Positions 44,274-52,925 are shown, numbered from the stretch's first letter. The stretch: DNA of 64,000 nucleotides from Treponema denticola (GCA_020719845.1 DYPP01000003.1:46810-110809), one strand, 5' to 3'. The notes: a model not told the origin generated them from the letters alone. A program made the numbers and translations.

Positions 44274-46052
44274 ATGGAAAAGCGAACATTGTTGGCCGTC
44301 GTTCTATCGGTCATCGTCATATCCGGCAGCTACCTGCTGCAATCCTGGCTGGCGCCGCCGGCGGCGAACAAACCGGTAGCGCAACCGACCGAACAGACCA
44401 GCAAGCAACCCGCGCCGACTGCGGAAACCGTATCGGAATCAATGCCGGCCACGGGACCGATCGCTGCGGCGGAGACCGAAGTCCAGCCGGTGGTCGAAGA
44501 ACGGGTGGCCATAGAGACCAACCTGGTCAAGGCGGTTTTCAGCAATCGCGGCGGGGACTTGGTTTCTTACCAGCTTAAAGAGCACAAGGACGGAGCGGAC
44601 TACCTGGAAATGGTCCTGCAGGGCACCGATGAAGCCCACGCTTTTACCGTTGCCTTCGGCGCAGCGGGCGCGCCGCCGCTCAAAGATCTTTTCAACGTGC
44701 GCCGCGTGTCCGACCGGGGGGTGGAGTTTTTCCGGGACTATCAAATTCCCAAAGCCGACGGCGGAACCAGCCGGTTTCGGTTGACCAAACGGTACGAGTT
44801 CAGGAACGACGAATACCTGTTTGAGCTGGCGGTCAGCGTGGACGGCGGGTATGACGTTCCGGCGCTGGATTTTAACGGCACGGCCTATACACTGGAGTTC
44901 GGACCGCAAATCGGGCCCAAATTTGAAAAACTGAGCCAACGGTATGAATACCGAAATTACTATACCTACGCCAACGGCAAACGAAAACAAGAAAAAATCA
45001 ACAACAAGACGCCCACCCTTATTCAGACCAGGGTTTCTTGGGCGGCCATCGCGGGCAAATATTTTACTTTCATGGCTATCCCGGATGCAACCCAGTACAG
45101 CATCGTCTTCGCCAACAAGACCGCACCGGGAATAAACGAGGGTTCGCAAATGTCTCTGTTGCGGCCGGCGCTGAAGGGATCCAAAACCACCGATCTCTAC
45201 CGGTTCTACCTGGGACCCAAAACGCAGCGGATCCTGTCGAAGTACGATGACGCGGACAAGAATTCGTATAAGCTGAACGGGATGGACATGACCGCGGTAG
45301 CCAACACCAGCGGTATCCTGGGACCTTTGGAAGTCGTTCTCAAATGGCTTTTGATGATCTTTTACCAGCTGATTCCCAACTACGGCGTGGCGATCATCCT
45401 TTTGACCATCATCGTCAAGGTGATCATGTTCCCGCTGACCAAGAAGGGTTCCGAATCTACCCTGCGGATGCAGGCCCTGTCGCCCAAGATCAAGGAAATT
45501 CAGGACAAATTCCGGGACAACCCGACCAAAATGAACGCCGAAATGGCGGAGCTGTATAAACGGGAAGGCTACAACCCGATGTCCGGGTGTCTGCCCATGA
45601 TCCTGCAGATCCCCATCTTTTTTGCGATGTACAACCTTTTCAATAACCACTTTGACCTGCGGGGCGCCCTTTTTATCGCCGGCTGGATCCCCGACCTTTC
45701 TTTGCCGGAAACCATCTGGAGCTTTGCGCCGTTCAAGCTGCCGATCCTCAACTGGAGCGATGTGCGGCTCCTGCCCTTCCTGTATCTGGGGTCCCAGCTG
45801 CTCTACGGAAAGGTAACCCAGACGCCGGACCAGCAGGGCAATGCCCAGATGAAAATGATGCTGTACGTCATGCCGATCATGTTCTTCTTCATCCTTTATG
45901 ACGTACCGTCCGGCTTGCTGCTCTACTGGATCATGTCCAACTTGCTGACCATGGTGCAGCAGCTGGGCATCAACAAGTATTTGGCCCAGAAAAAAGCCCA
46001 TCTGGCGGCGACGACCGGACCGGTCATCGCTCCCAAGCGCAAGAAGAAATAG
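44274..46052 (+). CDS. yidC: membrane protein insertase YidC
   Basis: 592 aa with an N-terminal TM helix, a large periplasmic domain, and the conserved core NYGVAIILLTIIVKVIMFPLTKKG ... GCLPMILQIPIFFA. Confidence 0.95.
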   Translation: MEKRTLLAVVLSVIVISGSYLLQSWLAPPAANKPVAQPTEQTSKQPAPTAETVSESMPATGPIAAAETEVQPVVEERVAIETNLVKAVFSNRGGDLVSYQLKEHKDGADYLEMVLQGTDEAHAFTVAFGAAGAPPLKDLFNVRRVSDRGVEFFRDYQIPKADGGTSRFRLTKRYEFRNDEYLFELAVSVDGGYDVPALDFNGTAYTLEFGPQIGPKFEKLSQRYEYRNYYTYANGKRKQEKINNKTPTLIQTRVSWAAIAGKYFTFMAIPDATQYSIVFANKTAPGINEGSQMSLLRPALKGSKTTDLYRFYLGPKTQRILSKYDDADKNSYKLNGMDMTAVANTSGILGPLEVVLKWLLMIFYQLIPNYGVAIILLTIIVKVIMFPLTKKGSESTLRMQALSPKIKEIQDKFRDNPTKMNAEMAELYKREGYNPMSGCLPMILQIPIFFAMYNLFNNHFDLRGALFIAGWIPDLSLPETIWSFAPFKLPILNWSDVRLLPFLYLGSQLLYGKVTQTPDQQGNAQMKMMLYVMPIMFFFILYDVPSGLLLYWIMSNLLTMVQQLGINKYLAQKKAHLAATTGPVIAPKRKKK

Positions 46053-46101
46053 GGATGTTCTGCTCATTGATGACGCAATTATTCTCGCGAGGAGCACGCG
46101 T

Positions 46102-46836
46102 ATGATATATGAATTCGAAGGCCGCACCGAAAAGGAAGCGATTGACCTTGCGGCGGAAGAGCTGGGATTGGAAAAGGACGGGTTTGACGTCGAGATTCTG
46201 GAAACGCAGAAATCCGGCATTTTCAAGAAAGGGTATGTCCGTATTCGGGTACACACCGACAGCGTAGCTGCCGCCGGCTTTGAAACGGCGGACGAGTACG
46301 ATTCCGCTAAAACCGCGCCGGATACGATGAAAAGCCGCTTCAGCACTGCGGTTTTTGGCGATCCGGAGCCGAAAAATGCGTTTGAAAAGGATCTGTGCAG
46401 CTTTGTTGAAGGTTTGATAGAACGGATGGGGTATTCCGGATCGGTCACAGTATTGTTCCGGGAAGAGCAGAAGCTGGGGCTGAAAATCGATTCCAGCCAC
46501 TCCTCCATTCTGATCGGGAAAAAGGGCAAGAATCTGGACGCCCTGCAGCTGTTGGCCAATATTTTTGCCGGAAAACTGGGGCAGGAAGAAGTCAGAATTA
46601 TTCTGGACAGCGAAAACTACCGGGTGCGCCGGGAAGAAGCCCTGGTGCGCCTGGCGTACACGGTGGCCGACAAGGTTCGCGAAAACAGGGGCTCCCTACT
46701 GCTGGAGCCCATGAACCCCTTTGAACGGCGCCTAATCCACACCACGCTCAACGACATCTCCGACGTGGAGACCAAGAGCGAAGGCGAAGGCTTGTACAAA
46801 CAGGTACGCGTGTTCTACAGGGGCTCCCGCCGCTGA
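46102..46836 (+). CDS. jag: Jag/KhpB RNA-binding protein (Jag_N + KH + R3H)
   Basis: 244 aa with a Jag N-domain (MIYEFEGRTEKEAIDLAAEELG), a KH region (ILIGKKGKNLDALQ), and R3H (PMNPFERRLIHTTL). Confidence 0.9.
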   Translation: MIYEFEGRTEKEAIDLAAEELGLEKDGFDVEILETQKSGIFKKGYVRIRVHTDSVAAAGFETADEYDSAKTAPDTMKSRFSTAVFGDPEPKNAFEKDLCSFVEGLIERMGYSGSVTVLFREEQKLGLKIDSSHSSILIGKKGKNLDALQLLANIFAGKLGQEEVRIILDSENYRVRREEALVRLAYTVADKVRENRGSLLLEPMNPFERRLIHTTLNDISDVETKSEGEGLYKQVRVFYRGSRR

Positions 46837-46865
46837 TTGGTTTTAAGCAGCTTGGTGGAAAGGGG

Positions 46866-47225
46866 CTACCCGGTTACTTTCTGCAAGGTAGCGGCGAGTT
46901 CTTCTTTCTGGAATGGCTTGATCATGAAGGCCTTGGCACCCAACGACAGGGCTTCTTCTTTCAGCGTATCCTCGCCCTGGGTGGTCAAAACGATGACCGG
47001 CGTAGACGCCTGGGCGGGGTTCTTCTTGAATTCCTTCAAAAATTCGATGCCGTTCATGACGGGCATGTTGATATCCAGAATAATGGCATCCACTTTTTGG
47101 GCTGGGAGCAACTCCAGGGCTTGTTTCCCGTTCTCCGCTTCAATGGCGGTATGCCCCAGGCTTTTAAGCGCCATGGAGACAATTTTTCGCATGGTCATGG
47201 AATCATCAACGTTCAGGATAGTCAT
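46866..47225 (-). CDS. CheY-like single-domain response regulator
   Basis: 119 aa with all canonical receiver residues (NVDDS, ILDINMP, VLTTQG, IKPF). It has a 4-nt ATGA overlap with the upstream MCP gene. Confidence 0.9.
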   Translation of the reverse strand: MTILNVDDSMTMRKIVSMALKSLGHTAIEAENGKQALELLPAQKVDAIILDINMPVMNGIEFLKEFKKNPAQASTPVIVLTTQGEDTLKEEALSLGAKAFMIKPFQKEELAATLQKVTG

Positions 47226-48595
47226 GTAGTACTCCTTTCGACAAGCTCGAATATATCATGATCACTGGTAACTTTTAAGCGGGGCGCGTACAAATCGCGG
47301 AGCTGCGTGCTGCTGGATCCGGCTGTCCGGCAACGCAGACCGCTTTCGGTCAGGTTCCGGAATAGCGCGTCCACGGTGGCGCGGATATCCACCAGGAAGG
47401 TCTCTATGCCTTCGATCTGCTGGCGGGTGATATCCTGGAATTGCAGGGACGCCAGTATATCGCCCATGGATTCGTTGACGGCTATGGCGTTTTCCGACAG
47501 AGACTTAAAGAGGCTACGGGTCAGTTCATAGGATCTGGTCAGGGCTTCTACGGTTTTGGACGCTTGGTCGGTGTCGGCCTGCACCTTTTGGGTCAGTGAT
47601 TCGGATCGCAGAATCCAGTGATCCAATAGATCCGCATTGTAGGAATTGAAGGTCTTGACGATTTCCAGGATGTTTTTGGCAAAATCGCTGGTCTGGTTGT
47701 TCAGTTTTTGCAGCTCGTTCACGATCACCTTGAATCCCAGCCCTTTGGTCCCGATTTTGGCGGATTCCACGGCCAGGTTGAAGGTGATGAGTTTGGATCG
47801 CTCCGAGATGTCCTCGATGCCGATGATCATTTCTTCGGTTTTTTCCACCAAATTGGAGATCTTGCGGATCCGGGCCGTATTTTCTTTGTTGAGGGTCAGA
47901 AATTCCTGAATGACCGCCGAACGGTTGACGATGGATTCGTGGGACTCCTGAATCAAGTGTTCAAGGCTCTGGTTGTTGTCGGTGGCCGCGCCGACCCCCA
48001 GGGAGCGCATGGCCTGACCCGCGTCCCGGGCGCCGGATTCGGATTGTTCCGAAATGGCGCCGAACCGCTCGAGAAGGGTCAGGACGACGGATTCCGTGTA
48101 CTGGACGACCCTCTGCAGCAGCAAGTCAATGTAGGGAAGGCGGAGTTTTATTTCCTGCAGTTCGTCCGGGAAGGTTCTAAGGGGAATGTAGCCCGCCAGT
48201 CTGGCCAGGGCATCTTTGCGGTCGGCGGAAAAGGAATCCAGCAGAGTTTTTACCTGATCGAGGGGCGATGCCGGGGGATTGCCAAGCCGGGGTTCCGGGT
48301 AGGATACTCCGGAAAGAGCGCGGAGGGCCGCATCTTCCTGAAGCAGAATTTCCAGCACCGGCAGCAGTTGTTCCACTATAGCCTGGTGTTGGCTGAGCTC
48401 GGCTTTCAAGGAAGCGACAACCTGGTGATTGGTTCTGGCTTGGGCTTTTCTTTTATATTCCGCCGCAGCGACGACCGCCAAAAGGATCAGGCAGATACCG
48501 GGCGTGGCAAATAGAAAAATCGCCGACCGCGTCAGGAGCGACAGAATCGCGGAAACGACGGAAACAAGCGATATAATAATTACCATAATGTTCAT
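47222..48595 (-). CDS. membrane-anchored methyl-accepting chemotaxis protein-like protein with a divergent signalling tip
   Basis: 457 aa with two N-terminal TM helices and essentially no periplasmic loop. The cytoplasmic coiled coil has an MCP-tip-like segment, SKLITFNLAVESAKIGTKGLGFKVIVNELQKL. Confidence 0.7.
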   Translation of the reverse strand: MNIMVIIISLVSVVSAILSLLTRSAIFLFATPGICLILLAVVAAAEYKRKAQARTNHQVVASLKAELSQHQAIVEQLLPVLEILLQEDAALRALSGVSYPEPRLGNPPASPLDQVKTLLDSFSADRKDALARLAGYIPLRTFPDELQEIKLRLPYIDLLLQRVVQYTESVVLTLLERFGAISEQSESGARDAGQAMRSLGVGAATDNNQSLEHLIQESHESIVNRSAVIQEFLTLNKENTARIRKISNLVEKTEEMIIGIEDISERSKLITFNLAVESAKIGTKGLGFKVIVNELQKLNNQTSDFAKNILEIVKTFNSYNADLLDHWILRSESLTQKVQADTDQASKTVEALTRSYELTRSLFKSLSENAIAVNESMGDILASLQFQDITRQQIEGIETFLVDIRATVDALFRNLTESGLRCRTAGSSSTQLRDLYAPRLKVTSDHDIFELVERSTT

Positions 48596-48645
48596 TGTAT
48601 ATAAAATCCTAGTAAGGTCAACAAATTTTATAGGGGAGCACTATT

Positions 48646-49467
48646 TTGTACCGAAGAATGGCTGTTTATGTTGTAATTGGCATAGTTCTGATGCCGATCG
48701 GGCACGTGCATGCAATGGGGTTGGAGGGCCTGGTCGGAGCCGAAAGCGCGCAAAAGTTGACCGTTGACGGGGTGATCCGTCGTACGGAACTGAAGGACGC
48801 GCAGCCGACCCTGGTGCCGGCTACTGAATTTTCACGGCGGCTCGTGGCGGACGTGCGGGATGAACTAAAACCGAACATCCTGATCGAAGCGCTCTATTTG
48901 CTTGAAAAGCCCCAGCAGGCCCGCGGCAGAAGTTGGACCGAAGACGAACGGGTATCGATTTATAATAAAACCAGGGCGCTCAGTTCGCTGGCGGGCATTC
49001 AGTACTATTCGGCCAGCCGCAAAACCATGCGCACCTTCTACGAAAGGTCCTTTGTCGTCGCAAGCGCGGGCAGCAAAACGCCTCTGCCGGATCCGGTGGT
49101 GAATTCTATCCCGGAGCGGTCTCTGCTGTACGCCCGGCATAAGGATCTTACCTTCGGCGACAACGTCTACCAGTATGAATACCGCTTTTCCGGGGACGTT
49201 TTGGCGTTCATCCTGAAAAACGAGAGCGGCATGAGTTACGGGATGGTGCCCCTGCTCGGCAAGGGCAATCTCAGATCCGTAGTGGTGATCATGGACACGG
49301 AGGACGCCTTGCTGGTGTACGCGGCTTCCATGGTGCGGTCGATGATGATTCCCGGGGTGGAGGGGAAAATACGCTCCTCCTTTGCCAATCGGGCGGATGC
49401 GGTCTTTTCCTGGTTTTCCGATCAGGCGTTGTCGGTGCTGAGCAACTCCACGGAAAAGTCGCGTTAA
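48646..49467 (+). CDS. hypothetical secreted protein
   Basis: 273 aa. The TTG start has GGGGAG 7 nt upstream. The signal-peptide-like N-terminus reads MYRRMAVYVVIGIVLMPIGHVHA. I recognise no family. Confidence 0.6.
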   Translation: MYRRMAVYVVIGIVLMPIGHVHAMGLEGLVGAESAQKLTVDGVIRRTELKDAQPTLVPATEFSRRLVADVRDELKPNILIEALYLLEKPQQARGRSWTEDERVSIYNKTRALSSLAGIQYYSASRKTMRTFYERSFVVASAGSKTPLPDPVVNSIPERSLLYARHKDLTFGDNVYQYEYRFSGDVLAFILKNESGMSYGMVPLLGKGNLRSVVVIMDTEDALLVYAASMVRSMMIPGVEGKIRSSFANRADAVFSWFSDQALSVLSNSTEKSR

Positions 49468-49469
49468 AT

Positions 49470-49501
49470 AAAAAAAGCCGTTCCGGCAAAGCCGGAACGG
49501 C
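49470..49501 (-). terminator. rho-independent terminator of flaB (between convergent genes)
   Basis: A perfect 11-bp stem GCCGTTCCGGC (49477-49487) / GCCGGAACGGC (49491-49501) with a 3-nt loop. On the minus strand it is followed by TTTTTTT (the plus-strand A run at 49470-49476). Confidence 0.85.
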
Positions 49502-49522
49502 GCCTTCCCGGTACGGTCCTGT

Positions 49523-50383
49523 CTACTGCAGGAGCTGGAGAACGCCTTGGGATTTCTGGTTCGCCTGCGCGAGCATCGCGGTTCCCGCCTGGCTGAGGAT
49601 CTGGTTCTTGGTAAAAGAAACCATTTCGTTGGCCATGTTGGTGTCCCGGACGCGGGATTCTGCGGCTTGCAGATTTTCAGCACCGATATCGATGCCCCGT
49701 ACGGCGTGGTCCAGACGGTTTTGGTAGGCGCCAAGGTCGGCCCGTTGCTTGTTGACCTTCTTCAGCGCCTCGTCAAGGGTTCCGATGGCACGGTTGGCGC
49801 TGTCCGGCGAGGCCAGCGTCAGGATGGAATCGTCACCGGCGTTCCGGACCCCAAGGCCCTTGGACGTCATGGTGCCGATGTAAACGCGTTCCCGCTGATC
49901 CATATTGGCGCCGATATGCAGCCACATGGACGCGGTAACCGAGTTTTCCCCGGTCTCCCGGGCAAAACGACCGGTCAGCATATTCATTCCGTTGAACTGG
50001 GCGTGGGAAGCGATGCGGTCGATTTCATCCACCAACTGGGAGATTTCGACCTCAATCTGCATCCGGTCTTCCGCCGAATACACGCCGTTCGCGGATTGCA
50101 CCGCGAGCTCACGGATACGCTGAATGATGTCCTGGCTTTCCTGCAAAAAACCTTCCGCAGTCTGAATGAACGAAATCCCGTTCATGGCGTTGTTCGACGC
50201 CTGGTTCAAACCCCGGATCTGGCTGCGCATTTTTTCGGAAACCGCTAGTCCAGAAGCATCATCGCCGGCGCGGTTGATACGCATGCCGCTCGACAGTTTC
50301 TCCATGTTCTTGTCCAGGTAGTCCTGGGTGACCCGGAGAGATCGATCGGCATACATCGCGCTCAGGTTGTGATTAATGATCAT
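49523..50383 (-). CDS. flaB: flagellin FlaB (periplasmic flagellar filament core protein)
   Basis: From ORF 49523..50392. I prefer the ATG at 50383 ([14 protein letters not shown]), which has AAGGAG 8 nt upstream. It has conserved flagellin N- and C-termini ([24 protein letters not shown] ... [18 protein letters not shown]) and a short spirochaete-type central region. Confidence 0.95.
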   Translation of the reverse strand: MIINHNLSAMYADRSLRVTQDYLDKNMEKLSSGMRINRAGDDASGLAVSEKMRSQIRGLNQASNNAMNGISFIQTAEGFLQESQDIIQRIRELAVQSANGVYSAEDRMQIEVEISQLVDEIDRIASHAQFNGMNMLTGRFARETGENSVTASMWLHIGANMDQRERVYIGTMTSKGLGVRNAGDDSILTLASPDSANRAIGTLDEALKKVNKQRADLGAYQNRLDHAVRGIDIGAENLQAAESRVRDTNMANEMVSFTKNQILSQAGTAMLAQANQKSQGVLQLLQ

Positions 50384-50442
50384 AGGCTTCACTCCTTTGG
50401 CGTTTTCGGCGCTATCCGCCGAAATGGCGGACTGGTGCGCCG

Positions 50443-50456
50443 CGGCATCCTTGCCG
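50443..50456 (-). promoter_or_regulatory. CsrA-type binding hairpin candidate in the flaB leader
   Basis: The minus-strand RNA reads CGGCA-AGGA-UGCCG, a 5-bp stem presenting GGA in the loop. The core CAAGGAUG matches the CsrA SELEX motif. Confidence 0.4.
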
Positions 50457-50581
50457 TTGCTCTACGAAGCAGTAATGTGCCGGAACCCCCAACCCGCCCT
50501 GTTCCGGGAGGGGATACCTGAAACCGGACTGTAAAGGTGTAGACCCGACGGGCGCACGGTTACAAACCGATTCCATCAAGA

Positions 50582-50609
50582 GTATCGGTTTAATAAAAGA
50601 GCGGCTTTA
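50582..50609 (-). promoter_or_regulatory. sigma-28 (FliA) promoter candidate for flaB
   Basis: The minus strand reads TAAA (50609-50606)-N16-ACCGATAC (50589-50582), against the consensus TAAA-N15-GCCGATAA. Confidence 0.45.
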
Positions 50610-50621
50610 GCGGTAGTTGTT

Positions 50622-51140
50622 TTAAAAAAGGGTATACAGAATACCGCCCACGAGTCCGGAGGCGATTATCAGGATCAACGGATTGATTTTGGTGAAGACT
50701 GCGGCGGCAAAGGAACCCAGGCCGATTATGACGGTGATGCCCTTGACCGAGGGGGACAGGGACAGGTTGATGAAGGTCATGGCCACCAAAGAGAGTGTTC
50801 CGATGCGCAGGGCGGCGGACACCTTTTCTTTGTCCGCCCGGACCTTGCCGGCGATAAGCATCGCCGCGGTGATGGCCAGCATGGGAAATGAGACGACCGA
50901 AAGGGTGGCCAGTATGGCCCCGAGGACGCCGCCCTGCATAAAGCCAACCAGGGTAGCTGCGTTCAAGGCAACCGGACCCGGGGTTACCTGGGCTATGGAG
51001 ACAATTTGGGCAAACTGAACGTCCGTAAGCCAGCCGGAGCGCAGGGCTTCGTCCTTGATGATGCCCACCGTGGTCCAGCCGCCGCCAAAAGAAATCATCC
51101 CGATTTTAAAAAAGGCCCAGAAGAGTTTTAGAAGTTCCAT
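50622..51140 (-). CDS. chromate transporter family protein (short ChrA, second half of a pair)
   Basis: 172 aa starting at MELLKLFWAFFKIGMISFGGGWTTVGII. The 373-aa track ORF 50622..51743 is an artefactual upstream extension. Confidence 0.8.
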   Translation of the reverse strand: MELLKLFWAFFKIGMISFGGGWTTVGIIKDEALRSGWLTDVQFAQIVSIAQVTPGPVALNAATLVGFMQGGVLGAILATLSVVSFPMLAITAAMLIAGKVRADKEKVSAALRIGTLSLVAMTFINLSLSPSVKGITVIIGLGSFAAAVFTKINPLILIIASGLVGGILYTLF

Positions 51141-51667
51141 TTGGATTTCCCGATGTAGGCGAAAGCGATCAAGAGGATAAATACCGGCAGCGCGTATCCC
51201 TTGAGCAGTATGAGCGCGACGGTCCCGACTGCGGCAACGAGCAGTTCCGGAATGGACCATTTCTTGGTTCGGATCATCTTGTATAACAGGGACGCGACCA
51301 GCCCCAGGACGACGCCGTAGGAGCCGACCAGAAAACCGACGATAAACGGAACTTCCGAAATTTGGTTGAACAGGAGGCTTACCAGCACGATCGACCCAAA
51401 AGGGGGCAGCAGGATGCCGAAAAAGGAAACCATGGCGCCGGAGATTCCCTGCATGCGTTGCCCGAACAACACTGCCGTATTCAGCGCCATCGGTCCCGGA
51501 AAGGACTGGCCGACGGCAAACAGATCGTAAAATTCCTTTTCTTCCATCCAACGTTTTTTGACGATGCGATCGGCAAAGATGGGGATCATGGCGTATCCTC
51601 CGCCGATGGTCAGCGCGGAGATGCTGAAAAAGAACGAAAACAGCTGGAACCGCGTCGGTTTGTTCAT
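51128..51667 (-). CDS. chromate transporter family protein (short ChrA, first half of a pair)
   Basis: From ORF 51128..51733. I prefer the start at ATG 51667 (MNKPTRFQLFSFFFSISALTIGGGYAMIPIF). It overlaps the next chrA gene by 13 nt. Confidence 0.8.
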   Translation of the reverse strand: MNKPTRFQLFSFFFSISALTIGGGYAMIPIFADRIVKKRWMEEKEFYDLFAVGQSFPGPMALNTAVLFGQRMQGISGAMVSFFGILLPPFGSIVLVSLLFNQISEVPFIVGFLVGSYGVVLGLVASLLYKMIRTKKWSIPELLVAAVGTVALILLKGYALPVFILLIAFAYIGKSKWNF

Positions 51668-51690
51668 CGAGTCGGGCAGAATCGGCCTCC

Positions 51691-52125
51691 TTATGGGGAG
51701 CGCTGGGAGCGCGGCCCGCGGCATTTGGTACAACCGAGCACATGGACGTGGGACCGCCCCGGCTTGTCGAACAACCGGGCGATCAAGAATTCATCCGGCT
51801 TCAGGGTCTTTCCGCACACCGGACAAGCGCGGCGACGTTCGCCGGAAAGACAATACACGCAACCGCTGATGTGCATCAGCCGGTCTGAGCCGCCCATGGA
51901 CGGGAAAGCGGAAGATTTTACCCGTTCGCCGGCGGCCAGTTTGGCGGAGCATACCGGACAAACCCGCGGCGCCCCGGGTACGCCTTCGGGCAGGTCGGCA
52001 GGGCGGCGCGTCCGCGGCGCGGCGGGTTTTCCGGGGGGTTCCAGACCAAAAAACAGGGTGTACCCAAACCAGAGCAATAGCGTGCCCGTCAGGACAAACA
52101 GCACTATCTGAAGGGATGCGCCCAT
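51691..52125 (-). CDS. hypothetical membrane-anchored double zinc-ribbon protein
   Basis: 144 aa with an N-terminal TM helix (LQIVLFVLTGTLLLWFGYTLFF), a Pro/Arg-rich linker, and four CxxC pairs (CPVC, CVYC, CPVC, CTKC). Confidence 0.55.
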   Translation of the reverse strand: MGASLQIVLFVLTGTLLLWFGYTLFFGLEPPGKPAAPRTRRPADLPEGVPGAPRVCPVCSAKLAAGERVKSSAFPSMGGSDRLMHISGCVYCLSGERRRACPVCGKTLKPDEFLIARLFDKPGRSHVHVLGCTKCRGPRSQRSP

Positions 52126-52154
52126 GAAGGCATCATATACGATCGGGGCGCTCC

Positions 52155-52883
52155 TTGGCGAGGGGCCGGGGTTGCGGGTATACTGCAGGCGTGGCTATCC
52201 TCTATATCGTCGCTACACCGATCGGCAATCTTTCGGATATCACCTTCCGCGCGGTAGATACGCTCAAAGCGGTGCAGCTGGTGGCCTGTGAAGACACCCG
52301 ACAAACGCTCAAACTGCTGAACCATCTGGGGATTCGGGTTCCATTGCTGTCCTGCCGGGCCCGGAATGAGTCCTCGGCGGCGGAGAAAGTGGTCGCCAAG
52401 CTGGATGAGGGTAAAAATGTAGCCTACGCCAGCGACGCCGGGACGCCCTCGGTGAGCGATCCCGGAGCGGTTTTGGTGCGGGCCGCGGTTGAAGCGGGGC
52501 ATACCGTCGTTCCCATCCCGGGACCCTCGGCCTTTGCATCCCTGGTAAGCGTCGCCGGAGGGTTGGACAAGGCGGTCGTTTTTGAAGGATTTCTTTCACC
52601 CAAGCCGGGAAGACGGAAAAGCCGGCTGCGGGAGCTCTTGGCGCTTGAAACCGGCTTTGTAATCTATGAATCTCCTTACCGGATACTCAAGCTTCTGGAT
52701 GATTTGGCCGATCTTGATGGGGACCGGTACCTGTGCGTCGGGCGGGAGATGACCAAAATCTACGAGGAATACCTGCGGGGTTCCGTGTCGTCGCTGCGGG
52801 AAACCCTGAAAAGCAGGGATAAGCAATTGGGTGAATTTTCGGTTTACGTATCTGGAAAGAAAAACGGTAAACTATTAGAATGA
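52155..52883 (+). CDS. rsmI: 16S rRNA (cytidine1402-2'-O)-methyltransferase
   Basis: 242 aa. Signature LYIVATPIGNLSDITFRAVDTLKAVQLVACEDTR. The true start may be the GTG at 52191. Confidence 0.9.
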   Translation: MARGRGCGYTAGVAILYIVATPIGNLSDITFRAVDTLKAVQLVACEDTRQTLKLLNHLGIRVPLLSCRARNESSAAEKVVAKLDEGKNVAYASDAGTPSVSDPGAVLVRAAVEAGHTVVPIPGPSAFASLVSVAGGLDKAVVFEGFLSPKPGRRKSRLRELLALETGFVIYESPYRILKLLDDLADLDGDRYLCVGREMTKIYEEYLRGSVSSLRETLKSRDKQLGEFSVYVSGKKNGKLLE

Positions 52884-52895
52884 AGATGCCGATAG
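52868..52895 (+). promoter_or_regulatory. sigma-28 (FliA) promoter candidate for flgM
   Basis: TAAA (52868-52871)-N16-GCCGATAG (52888-52895) has a 7/8 match in the -10 element. It spans the rsmI stop codon and ends 30 nt upstream of the flgM ATG. Confidence 0.6.
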
Positions 52896-52925
52896 TAGTT
52901 CCATACGGCGAGGTAGGGCAACAGC

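Noticed and set aside
44439-46559. A 706-aa ORF on the minus strand spanning yidC, the yidC-jag spacer and part of jag.
   Set aside because: It is fully antisense to two genes with unmistakable conserved motifs (YidC core, Jag N-domain). Its own sequence is low-complexity (R/G/H/D/Q-rich), with no recognisable domain, RBS or sensible start. This is a typical shadow ORF.
50622-51743. A 373-aa ORF that looks like one large chromate transporter.
   Set aside because: Only its last 172 aa are ChrA-like, and the first 201 aa are Arg-rich nonsense. They overlap, in another frame, the genuine first ChrA-half gene (51128..51667). I interpret this as the common split short-ChrA pair, not as a fusion or frameshifted pseudogene.
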